From Alteromonadaceae bacterium (GTDB lineage: Bacteria > Pseudomonadota > Gammaproteobacteria > Enterobacterales > Alteromonadaceae): 64,000 nt of DNA. Below are positions 23,540 to 32,703 of the stretch, one piece after another; the first letter of the stretch is position 1, and each line of letters opens with the position of its first letter. The notes under the pieces are model-generated. The model was not told the origin of the DNA and did not search any database. It saw only the letters and a program-made list of their open reading frames with translations. The translations under genes were made by a program, and so were the position numbers. Location: assembly GCA_038141035.1 (NCBI GenBank), contig JAYQHI010000045.1:14618-78617 (forward strand), in the 5' to 3' direction.

Positions 23540-25041
23540 TTAAAGCTGGTAATTTATGCCAAAAGAGATGTTGGCGTCATATTGCGTATCTTGACTAATA
23601 AAACTTGATTGACTTAACTCAGTACCGATTTTGTAAGTAATATTATTGATTTTTTTAGCAATGTTACCTGATAGCATGATTAAATCTTCAGATATTTTTG
23701 TCACTGTATTGCCTTTGTTGTCATCGTTAGGGAAACTGTCTGAATTATCTTTATTTAATTCAACGAACCGTAACCGTGTATCCCACTTGATGCCGCTTTC
23801 AGTTTGCCCGATCATACCTAAGACGATTGATTCAGCGTCATTATCATATAAATGGCCTATATTACGGTTTTTATAGCGCATGCCGGTTTGGTAAATATGA
23901 TGTTCGAAAAAACAATCACCGATAACCTTTTCTTTACCGCAAATTTCATAAGTGCCATTATATTCGGCAAACCAAGTTAATGGTTGATTAAATAAGCTTG
24001 CTTGTCCATCAAGCCCTAATTGAACAGCTGGTTTAGTGATAAAGTTTAAGCCGTTATCTGCATTACCATCTTCACCAAAATATTGGCCATAAAAACTCAT
24101 CGGTGTGTTTTGGAAATTAAAGGAATAACGAAAATCAAAACCCGCTTGTTGATTACCGGGTTCATTTTCTTTATTAACACCACAATCTAAACCACCAACA
24201 TCGCAATTATCTTTACCTAAAAATAAGTCGATAAAAGTACTTAAGCTTTTTGAACGATTATCTCCCCCCATTGCGCTAGGCGAATAATTGATACTTCTAA
24301 GTTTTCAATCGGGATAAAACTTAGGCGAAAGCCCCAGAGTAAGGTATTAGGTATGTGTCGGTCTGCTTCCATTTTTCCCATAAAGGAGGTGACATTCCAA
24401 GGCACTTGATAATTATTAGTAAAAGGCACAGTGAAAGGAATAGCGACATTACGGGTAATCGCGGCAGATAAGATAGGTCGTGCATTATTGGTTAACCCTA
24501 TATTACTGTCCCAACCAGGTCCCCACCAGCGATCTTGTGTCCCCAGAGATAAATTCCAATTACCTAGTCGTAAAGCAACGTAGCTGTCATTAAATTGAAT
24601 ATTGTCTCCTTCAAGGCTTGAAGAGGTAATTGAAGGCGATAATTTGTAGGCGATATAATCAGACACGCTACTCGCGGATAACGTGATGTTATTTTTGTTA
24701 CGAAAGTCGTCACCAAAACTGGTAAAACGTTTGGCGGCAGTTGAAGTGTTAGCCGCCAGCGTAAGCTTTTTTCGACGTGCTTTATAAAAAGCATCGTTAA
24801 TATAAAAATAACTTTGTTTTTCGCTATTATTTAATCGAGTGAGATCTATTTTTTTTAATGCAGTATGAATATCAACCCACATTAAAGGGTAAGTGTTGAT
24901 CGGGGTATTGATATGGCCAGCATTGGCTAAGTGATTAATACTAGCTTTAAGAGAAAGATCCGCCGTATTAATAAAGGGCTCGGCACTAGCTATGTTTACA
25001 TAAGATAGCACGAAGAAAAGAAAAACTTTTATTTTAAACAT
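23540..25041 (-). pseudogene. wzi: capsule assembly outer-membrane protein Wzi, one frameshift
   Basis: ORF 24241..25041 (signal peptide, DRWWGPGW motif, ...RLAQWG) and ORF 23540..24271 (GDNRSKSLSTFIDLF... beta-barrel) join in the C6 run 24264-24269, which is G6 on the coding strand. Confidence 0.75.
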
Positions 25042-25067
25042 TTTATTTCTTTATCAGCTGGCTAGGT

Positions 25068-25658
25068 TTAAGTCCAAGAGGCAGGTTTGCGTTTTCTACC
25101 GATCAGGCGCGGTAACAGACCGCCTAATAATAACCCAATACCTAGCACTATGGCACCATTAAAAAACCACTGCGTTAGGATTTCTTGATCTTGATGTTTG
25201 AGTTTACTTTTGACATTGGTTAATTCGTTATTCAAATTTGCAATTTCTTTAGTGAGTTCTTCATTTTTTGACGTTAGTAAAGCAATTGTGTCGTTGGCAT
25301 TGGCTATTGTTGTTTGGTTACTTAGCTCACTTTCACTGTATTGTGCTAACTTGGTATTTAATTCGGCAATGACATTACGCAAACTTGGATTTTGGCTGAT
25401 GTACTGGCTTTCAATCCAAGTGGTTTTGCCGTTTGGTGCAATAATTTGGCTGTAGCCATTGGCTTCTTCACCGGTTATTTGAATTTCACTACCCGCTTGA
25501 ATTGTTCCTAAAATACGGTAATTTTTCCCAGCACCTGCCAGCATATAAATAAATAAGTCATCACTAATATAGGCGTTAGTGGTGGTTTCGTCTTGAGCAA
25601 TAGATGAAAAAGAAAGTAGTAAAACAGAAAAGGCAAGGAAATCTTTAAATAAGCGCAT
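25068..25658 (-). CDS. ygiM: SH3-domain protein YgiM-like (signal peptide, SH3b, coiled coil, C-terminal TM)
   Basis: 196 aa: signal peptide, an SH3b-like stretch (YRILGTIQAGSEIQITGEEANGYSQIIAPNGKTTWIESQYI), a coiled coil and a C-terminal TM. It sits next to ygiF as in E. coli. Confidence 0.75.
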   Translation of the reverse strand: MRLFKDFLAFSVLLLSFSSIAQDETTTNAYISDDLFIYMLAGAGKNYRILGTIQAGSEIQITGEEANGYSQIIAPNGKTTWIESQYISQNPSLRNVIAELNTKLAQYSESELSNQTTIANANDTIALLTSKNEELTKEIANLNNELTNVKSKLKHQDQEILTQWFFNGAIVLGIGLLLGGLLPRLIGRKRKPASWT

Positions 25659-25841
25659 TTATTAACCAATATGAAGTTTGAACAATAAAACTAAAATAGT
25701 AGGTGTTTGAGATACCTATCGCAAGCATAACTTTGTAATATTCTTTAATAAATAAAAGAAATTAGTCTAGAAAGTGTTTTGTGGTAAGGTTGTGATAAAT
25801 TTACTCGGCTAAACAGATTATTTTTAAATATTCAGGAAATT

Positions 25842-27351
25842 ATGGAAACCGAAATAGAATTAAAATATTTAGTGGTTAATGAACAGGTTGTAGAGCGCAT
25901 TAACAACTTATTAGATGAAAAAATATCACTATGCGGTTGCTAATAATACGCTAACCAACTGTTACTTTGATACTAAAGAGCTTTCTTTTCGAAAACATGA
26001 TTTTGGTTTACGTGTTAGAAGTAAAAATGAACAACGTGAGCAAACTATCAAAACAGCAGGGCAGACCATTGGTGGCCTGCATAAACGCCCCTGAATATAA
26101 TATTGATATTACCGATAACTTTCCTGATTTGTCCTTGTTTCCTGATGAAATTTGGCCAAAAAATACCAACTTAGCACAATGGCAGGATGATCTTATTGTG
26201 CTGTTTTCTACTGATTTTGTTCGCCATACTTGGACGATAACGTATGAAAAAAGTGTCATTGAATTAGCCTTTGATGTTGGCAGTGTTAGCTCATCAGGTC
26301 GAGAGTTACCAATTTGTGAAATTGAACTTGAGTTGCTCGGGTGAAGAAGCGGCGATTTTTTCGTTAGCGCAGCAGCTATCAAACGTTTTATTAATGCGTC
26401 CAGGTACTAAAAGTAAAGCTGCTCGTGGTTATCAGTTATGGCATAACCAGAGTGATGAGCAAGAGATAGCCGAATTTCCTTTTATTCCAATTTCGGGTAG
26501 TGATACTTGTGAAAGTGCTTTAATTAATGGTTTGACGTTTAGTTTGTCACATTTACAAAAAGTCATTGATCGCTATTTTAATCAGCCGTCGTTATCGTTA
26601 TTGAGTCAAATAAATCATGCATTGTTATTAATGCGCCACGCCTTTTGGTTATTTGATGATTTGATTTCTGATGAGCATTTAGCGATCCGTAAAGAGCTTT
26701 CGCATTTTTTAAAAATGTTAGCTTGGCAAAATAACGCAAAAAACCTGCATGATATTATAACTAAGCAGAGTGCTTTTCGAAAAAAATAGAATATAGCCAA
26801 AAATTAGTTAAACAACTTAAACTTGAAGAACGCCGCTTTCCATCGACAGAGCAAGTGTTAGAAATGTTAATGTCGAGCCGTTTTAATCAATTACAACTTT
26901 CTGTTTTGCAAATGATTTTAGCTGGTGAAAAAGGCTTAAAAGCAACAAGCGAACATAATCAGTCTATTTTTAGTTTTTGTGCCAGTGCTTTAGAAAAAGC
27001 TTAAATGCATTAGCTGATGATATTTCTTTTGAAAGTTCGATCAGTGCCGAGCAGTATTTAACCTATAAACGTATTTTAAACCGCAGCTTGTTAACAGGAA
27101 GTTGGTGCGGCCAATTGTTTGATGACAAAGCACGCGCTGATTATCGTGCTCCTTGGCTTGATATTATGCATGGCATCACTGAGTTAGAAACCTTATGTAT
27201 GCTTAAGCAGCAATTATTACAATTACAAGCGGTTGAAGACCAACCTGAGAAGTTAGTTAACTGGTTGGAATGTAAAATAGAAAACTTATTAACTGCGTTA
27301 GATGCTTCTCGGCAAATGGCGTTAGTGGTTCCTCCTTATTGGCGAAGTTAA
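25842..27351 (+). pseudogene. ygiF: inorganic triphosphatase YgiF (CYTH + CHAD domains), about 5 frameshifts
   Basis: METEIELKYLV start (the CYTH EXEXK motif), then YFDTKELSFRKHDFGLRVRS, PEYNIDIT...ICEIELEL, and a CHAD-like remainder. Conserved sequence hops between frames near 25925, 26090, 26340, 26780-26786 and 26995. Track ORFs 25967.., 26271.. and 26977.. are pieces of it. Confidence 0.8.
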
Positions 27352-28231
27352 TGAACAAACTTTTTTTTGTGTTTTATCGGTTTGTTGGGTTTTTGCCAGT
27401 TCAGCCAAAGAGTATGTTTTACCTGATAATGGCTTAAGAGTGATTGGTGAAAATACCTATTATCAAGTACAAAAGGGCGATTATTTTCAGCAAGTTGCTG
27501 AAGATTTTAATGTTGGATTTTTAGCATTAATGGCAGCAAACCCTAATGTTGATCCTTTTTTACCTGCGCCAAATACCGAACTTGTTATCCCTACAAAGTT
27601 GATTTTGCCCTTTATTAAGCATCATGGCATTGTTATTAATTTAGCGGAATTACGTTTATATTATTTTGAGCCAGAGCAAAATGTTGTTCATGTTTTCCCG
27701 GTGGGCATTGGTCGGGAAGGATTAAAAACACCCAGCACGGTGAGCTTTATTAGTGATAAACGTAAAGATCCTGTTTGGCGACCAACGGCTGAAATGAAAG
27801 CGCGTTATTTGCAGCAACATGGTAAACCTTTAGCTGATGTTGTGCCCCCAGGAGAGAATAATCCTTTTGGTAAATACGCATTAAGACTGGGTACTAGCGA
27901 ATATTTAATTCATGGCACTAATCAACGGTTTGGCATTGGTATGCGGGCAAGTTCAGGCTGTATTCGGATGTTTGATGCGGATATTGAATGGCTATTTAAT
28001 CATGTGCCGGTAAAAACTGCCGTTGCTATTATTGATCAGCCAATAAAAATGTCATATGAAGGTGGCCAGCAAAAGCATCTTGAAATCCATCAGCCGTTAA
28101 GTGATACCAATAGCCAGTTATATCAAAAATCATTGCAGCAGCTTCGTCATTTTGTCGGTGAAGATTTATCTGAATCGGCGTTAACTGAGCTAATCAATCA
28201 AGCATCAGGCTTAGTGGTACAGATAAAATAA
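27351..28231 (+). pseudogene. L,D-transpeptidase (LysM + YkuD; ErfK/YbiS/YcfS family), one frameshift in the signal peptide
   Basis: The ATG at 27351 overlaps the ygiF stop (TAATG). After a shift in the T8 run 27361-27368 it reads MNKLFFCVLSVCWVFASSAKE..., then the LysM segment (YYQVQKGDYFQQVAEDF) and the YkuD catalytic motif (IHGTN...SSGCIRM). Confidence 0.85.
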
Positions 28232-28281
28232 AACAGCAATAAAGCGGTTTTATAACAAGTAAATTTTACAGCCAATGTCGG

Positions 28282-28542
28282 CTATTTTTTATAGCTAGCA
28301 ACCATATTGTCAACTTTGCTATTAGCATCTTCTGCTAACATTTTTGCTTTTTCAGCTGCGTTTTTTGCAGCTTCAACTGACTTGTTGGCAGCGCTTTGCT
28401 GCTTTTTAAGATCAGCAACTTGGCTAGATAAAGTATCAACCTTATTGCTTAATGTTGATACTTGTTGCTCTAATGCTTCATTGCTGGCACAACCCGCCAT
28501 TAAAATGATCGTAGCTGCTATAGTTATTTTTTTAATTAACAT
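28282..28542 (-). CDS. lpp: Braun-type major outer-membrane lipoprotein Lpp
   Basis: 86 aa with lipobox LMAGC, heptad-repeat alpha-helical Ala/Lys/Ser-rich sequence, and a C-terminal ...SYKK (terminal Lys, as in E. coli ...YRK). Confidence 0.8.
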   Translation of the reverse strand: MLIKKITIAATIILMAGCASNEALEQQVSTLSNKVDTLSSQVADLKKQQSAANKSVEAAKNAAEKAKMLAEDANSKVDNMVASYKK

Positions 28543-28641
28543 ATTCTATTCCTGTCCTTAAGTATTCATGCAAATACAGTATGGCAGTAAATTGATAAAG
28601 CTGTCGAGTTTTATATTAACGATATATTAACACAGTTTAAC

Positions 28642-28944
28642 TTAAGCGTTATCGATGACATAACCAATCAATTCTTCCATCAGTTTCTTTTTGATTTCTA
28701 ATTGTTGATCAGGCGAGAGCTGGTATTTTTCGGCAAGTTCAATATAGTCATCAGGTGATAAACTCACGGTTAATCTTGGACGTTTTGGCCGTTTATTTGT
28801 TGTTAATCCTAAAATGGTACGAATTTGGTCTGAGGGGCTAATACCGGCTTCGAGTGCTTCTCGTCGGATCGCCATTTGAATTTTTTCATCCATATCAAAA
28901 AAGCAATTTGTGTTGCTTTTGCTGCCGTAACGGATGATTGCCAT
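28642..28944 (-). CDS. small hypothetical protein with two ribbon-helix-helix-like segments (possible DNA-binding regulator)
   Basis: 100 aa. Segment 1 is CFFDMDEKIQMAIRREALEAGISPSDQIRTILGL and segment 2 is LTVSLSPDDYIELAEKYQLSPDQQLEIKKKLMEEL. Each has the beta-strand/helix/helix pattern of CopG/Arc/MetJ folds. This is the last gene of the pspA-like operon. Confidence 0.45.
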   Translation of the reverse strand: MAIIRYGSKSNTNCFFDMDEKIQMAIRREALEAGISPSDQIRTILGLTTNKRPKRPRLTVSLSPDDYIELAEKYQLSPDQQLEIKKKLMEELIGYVIDNA

Positions 28945-28969
28945 TTCTCAGGGATTTTTCTTGCCACAA

Positions 28970-29605
28970 TTAACTTCCTGGATACATGTCGACAATGTCG
29001 GTTAAAGGTCTAAATAAGGTTAAGAATACATCAGTATCACCGTCAGACCATACTTCTACATCAATACCACGATCTTCTGCGGGATCATATAAAGTATAGA
29101 GCTCAAATTGCTCGCCAGCCTCTTTTCCTTCATAAGCACTTAATGTTTCACTGCGATGGTCTTTTTTATGAAAATAACCGACTTGGGCGAATACATGTTG
29201 TTGATAAAGATCGCTTGTCCAGCCTTGCGTTTTATCATTGTCTGCTTGGCGGGTTAATTGCGCTTGGTTATTTTCTTCAAAAATGTCAGAAAACTGCTCT
29301 AAATCAAATAAGTTTTCAACGTCTGCATGCTCAATTTTTAAAGAGAATTTTAAATAACTTTTATCATCTTCTTCAAGCGCTAGATAAAGTTCCGTTGCGT
29401 TTTCACCGGTTAATACCCACTCGGTTTGTGTTAATCGCTCATATTCATAACTATTAACCGCGGTTACTTGAAATTGTTGTTGACGCAGATTTGCAGGTAA
29501 GGCAAAGCTGTCGGTTAACACAATAATATCACCGGTAGTGAGATCTTTAACGGAATTAAGTTGGCGAATTTCTTTTTTCACCAAATATTTTTTTAGAAAG
29601 CTCAT
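28970..29605 (-). CDS. YjfK-like protein (DUF2491/DUF4178 family)
   Basis: 211 aa. The N-terminal region (GDIIVLTDSFALPANLRQQQFQVTAVNSYEY...TEWVLTGENATELYLALEEDD) matches the DUF4178-type pattern. It sits directly after a PspA-family gene, as yjfK does in the E. coli yjfIJK operon. Confidence 0.6.
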   Translation of the reverse strand: MSFLKKYLVKKEIRQLNSVKDLTTGDIIVLTDSFALPANLRQQQFQVTAVNSYEYERLTQTEWVLTGENATELYLALEEDDKSYLKFSLKIEHADVENLFDLEQFSDIFEENNQAQLTRQADNDKTQGWTSDLYQQHVFAQVGYFHKKDHRSETLSAYEGKEAGEQFELYTLYDPAEDRGIDVEVWSDGDTDVFLTLFRPLTDIVDMYPGS

Positions 29606-29640
29606 CGTAACGTTACTCTTAATGGGTTGTACTTAAACGC

Positions 29641-29676
29641 AATAAGCGGCTACCAATGACTTGGTAACCGCTTATT
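29641..29676 (-). other. intra-operon stem-loop between the pspA-like and yjfK-like genes
   Basis: AATAAGCGGCTACCA / TGGTAACCGCTTATT: a 15-bp stem with one mismatch and a 6-nt loop. No U-tract follows on either strand. Confidence 0.55.
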
Positions 29677-29689
29677 TAATAACAAAACC

Positions 29690-30379
29690 TTATTTTTGTT
29701 TTGCTTTTAAGCGCTCTAACACTGAGTTGGCACTGGCATCCGCTTGACCAATACCTGCTTCTTTTAATTTTGCTTCTAACGAGTTATCTGAGTTTTCAGA
29801 CTCTAATACTTCAGCAGCTTTCATGCGATCATCAAACTTTTGTTGTTTGGCTTTAATACGCTCTAATGAGTCTTTTGCATTTAATAACTTAGAGTTACTT
29901 GATGAAAAGTTATCTGTGATAGCTGATGTTGCTTTTTGCACGCTTTCCGTGGTTTTTACCATAGATAATTGGCGTTTGTATTCTGCCACTTGGCGTTCAC
30001 TCTTTTTCACTAACTCTTTCAAACGATTAGCGTTACCTTCAAAACTTTCTAACGCTTGTTGTTGAGTTGTTAATTCGCTTTCTAAGGCGGCAATTTTTTC
30101 AGCTACTGCTAAGGCTAAGGTTTCATCACCTTTTTCTAAAGCTTGGACAGCGTAGCCTTCGTGTTCAACAATTTCACGTTTAACGCGATCAACTTCACGA
30201 CTTGCTGCCATTTGCTGTGCCATAACGCCAGTTAAGTCACGTTTAGCTTGGGTTAAATGATTTTCGGCATCACGAATTTCTTGTTCAAAAATACGGGTTG
30301 CGTTGGCATCAACAATAGCTTCACCAACTTCAGTTGCGCCGCCACGAATTGCCGTCATAATTTTTTTAAAAATGCTCAT
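29690..30379 (-). CDS. PspA/IM30 family protein (YjfJ-like)
   Basis: 229 aa of all-helical coiled coil with the typical family N-terminus MSIFKKIMTAIRGGATEVGEAIVDANATRIFEQEIRDAENHL. Confidence 0.85.
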   Translation of the reverse strand: MSIFKKIMTAIRGGATEVGEAIVDANATRIFEQEIRDAENHLTQAKRDLTGVMAQQMAASREVDRVKREIVEHEGYAVQALEKGDETLALAVAEKIAALESELTTQQQALESFEGNANRLKELVKKSERQVAEYKRQLSMVKTTESVQKATSAITDNFSSSNSKLLNAKDSLERIKAKQQKFDDRMKAAEVLESENSDNSLEAKLKEAGIGQADASANSVLERLKAKQK

Positions 30380-30395
30380 AAAATAGCTCCTGAAA

Positions 30396-30809
30396 TTAGA
30401 TTAAGTATTCACTCATGTCATCGATAACTTCGATGGCATTGTTGTTTAGTACAGTTAACTCATGCTCAATATCATCAAATGACGAGCTAATGGCTAAGGC
30501 GCCAAAAATTACATATTTATCGCCAATTTTTGAAAACGATGATAATGGCATTGGAATATTCATTTCTAGCATGCTTTCATGCATGGCAGCAAAACATTCG
30601 GGCTTAACTTCATCCTTACCCCAAAGGTAAGTAATACAAAGAATTTGATCATCGGTTACAGATAAAAATATCGGTAATTCTTCACGGCCAATGATCGAGA
30701 TTTGCAATACGTCTACTTCGCCTGAAATTGGCTGGCAATCAAAAACCATTCCTGTGTCTGAATTATCAGCAAGTGTGTTTAAGTGATCCGCTATCTTATG
30801 AATGTTCAT
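30396..30809 (-). CDS. YjfI-like protein (DUF2170)
   Basis: CQPISGEVDVLQISIIGREELPIFLSVTDDQILCITYLW...PLSSFSKIGDKYVIFGAL. The track ORF starts at a TTG (30836). The ATG at 30809 has AGGA 5 nt upstream. It lies directly upstream of the PspA-family gene, as in E. coli yjfI-yjfJ. Confidence 0.6.
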   Translation of the reverse strand: MNIHKIADHLNTLADNSDTGMVFDCQPISGEVDVLQISIIGREELPIFLSVTDDQILCITYLWGKDEVKPECFAAMHESMLEMNIPMPLSSFSKIGDKYVIFGALAISSSFDDIEHELTVLNNNAIEVIDDMSEYLI

Positions 30810-30871
30810 GTTGTTCCTCATGTTGATAAGTAGCAAAAATTAAGGCGGATAATCGCGCGTTAATTTTTATA

Positions 30872-30890
30872 GGTGACATATTATGTCACC
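30872..30890. promoter_or_regulatory. 19-bp perfect palindrome GGTGACATA-T-TATGTCACC (candidate operator, promoter-proximal)
   Basis: 9-bp arms around one central base. It lies 7 nt downstream of the predicted -10 of the yjfI-pspA operon promoter. Its core, GACATAnTATGTC, is shared with two other sites. Confidence 0.55.
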
Positions 30891-30897
30891 AGAGTTA

Positions 30898-30925
30898 AAT
30901 GTAGCATTAAGACATAATATGTCAA
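30898..30925 (-). promoter_or_regulatory. predicted sigma70 promoter of the yjfI-pspA-yjfK-RHH operon with an embedded palindrome (30911..30923)
   Basis: Minus strand reads TTGACA-tattatgtcttaatgc(16 nt)-TACATT. The -35 hexamer is part of the palindrome GACATATTATGTC. Confidence 0.5.
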
Positions 30926-30935
30926 CAACTAAATA

Positions 30936-32656
30936 CTAATTATTTTTGTTAATTTGCAAATAGGCATTATTTAGCCCTTGTTGATCTCGCCATGCTTGTT
31001 GATGCAATTGGTATATTGCATGGCTACCGAGATAGTTTATTGGCACCTGAGCGGCATGCTTATAAAAGTTTTCAGGAAAAATAAAGGCCGCTCTTATTAA
31101 ATCAATATTTAACCAATGGCCTGTTACCGGTAATTTTTCAATATTAGCTAAGCGTGTTGAAGGCTTAGCGCCAATTTTACTGGCAATGGTCCAGCCCCAT
31201 TCGCCAAAGCTAGGGACATTGTCATGGTATTGCTCTACGGCAGTAAAGTCAGCGGCCGCGACAGTCTTAGCAATAGCAATAAAAGCATCTTTGGCATGAT
31301 AAGGGCTAGTTGATTGAATGCCAATTAAGCCATCTCCTGCTAAAAGTTGTTTTAAGCGAGCATAAAAGTTCACTGAATATAACTTATTGAGATCAGGATG
31401 GCTTGGATCGGGTAAATCGACAATAATGGCATCAAACACTTCACCACTGGCTAATAGTTCATCAATGGCTAGAAAAGCATCCGCGGTAATAATATGAGCA
31501 CGTTTATCTAACAGGCTATTTTCGGTCAAAAGAGTTATTTGCTTAGCAATATCGGGAGCTAAGTGGTTTTCAGGATATTTAAATAATTCAATCAACTGCT
31601 CATCAAGATCAATTAAAGTGACTTTGTTTGGCTGCCATTTAAGTACATCCCTTAATGCTAAGCCGTCTCCACCTCCGATAATTAAAATATTATCTTGGCG
31701 TGCCGAGCCGGCAAGTACGGGGGTGACTAAATAATCGTGGTAAATAAACTCATCACTGGAAGAAAATTGTAAGCGGCCATTTAAATAAAAATTGATCACT
31801 GATGAATGGCTTGAACCCATGTTACGTTCGGTAAAGGTTAGCTGTTGATAACGGGTTTTGTCGCTGTAAACGACTTTATCGAGATACAACATATTGCTCA
31901 TTTGATTAAGCCAAGCATTACCTTGATAAAAAATCACGACAATAAATAAAGCTAATAACAAGTGTAAACTGACTAAGGTTTTACGCCATGTTAATTGTGG
32001 CCAAAAACGATATAAAAATACGCCACCAATAAGTAAATTAAAGCTTGCGGTAATAGCGGATGCTTTACTGATATCAATACTGAGTAAAAATATAACCCAA
32101 ATTGCTGCGCCGATACCGGCACCAATATAGTCAGCACCGTACATAGTACCTAAATTATTTTCTAAATGTTTTTTGTGGAGAATTTCACGTACTCTGGCAA
32201 TTAAAGGAATTTCCATACCAATAAAAAGCCTAAAGCAAAGCCAAAAAAGTAAGGGGAATTAATAGCTAAAAAGCTTAGCTGTTTGAAGATGCCACCTTTA
32301 GGTAGTGCATCGGGTGGTAGCGTAAAGGTTTCCGCTAACATTTGTGGCATTAACTGAGTAATGGCGATTAACCCGCCGATCAATAAAATCGCGCTAGTAC
32401 CTAATAAGGCAATGATCAGCTCTAACCAAATAAAACCATTAAAGGCGCAGCGGATATGACGTGCGGCAAATGCGCCCATGCCCATAGCGACAATCATTAG
32501 ACCTATCATGGTGTATATCGTACTTTCCATTACGCCCAGCACTCGGCCAGCGTAATGAGAAAGTAAATACTCATAAATCAAACCACAGCCGGCTAATACG
32601 GCCATGGTTAAGATCAATAAACTATCGTCTAGTAATAATCGACGAGCGGCTTTCAT
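30936..32656 (-). pseudogene. membrane-anchored polyamine aminopropyltransferase (spermidine-synthase-like, multi-TM N-terminal domain), one frameshift
   Basis: ORF 32201..32656 plus ORF 30936..32216 together give about 7 TM helices, then a SpeE-like catalytic domain (ILIIGGGDGLALRDVL, AIIVDLPDPSHP, GEWGW). The junction is near 32216. Confidence 0.8.
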
Positions 32657-32703
32657 TAGTAACTAAAATTATTCAATAAAATGTAATTAACTTTAGTCAT
32701 TTA

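Noticed and set aside
28232-28290. A weak AGCC...GGCT hairpin plus T-run after the L,D-transpeptidase gene as a terminator.
   Set aside because: The stem is only 4-5 bp and overlaps the lpp stop codon, so it is too weak to call.
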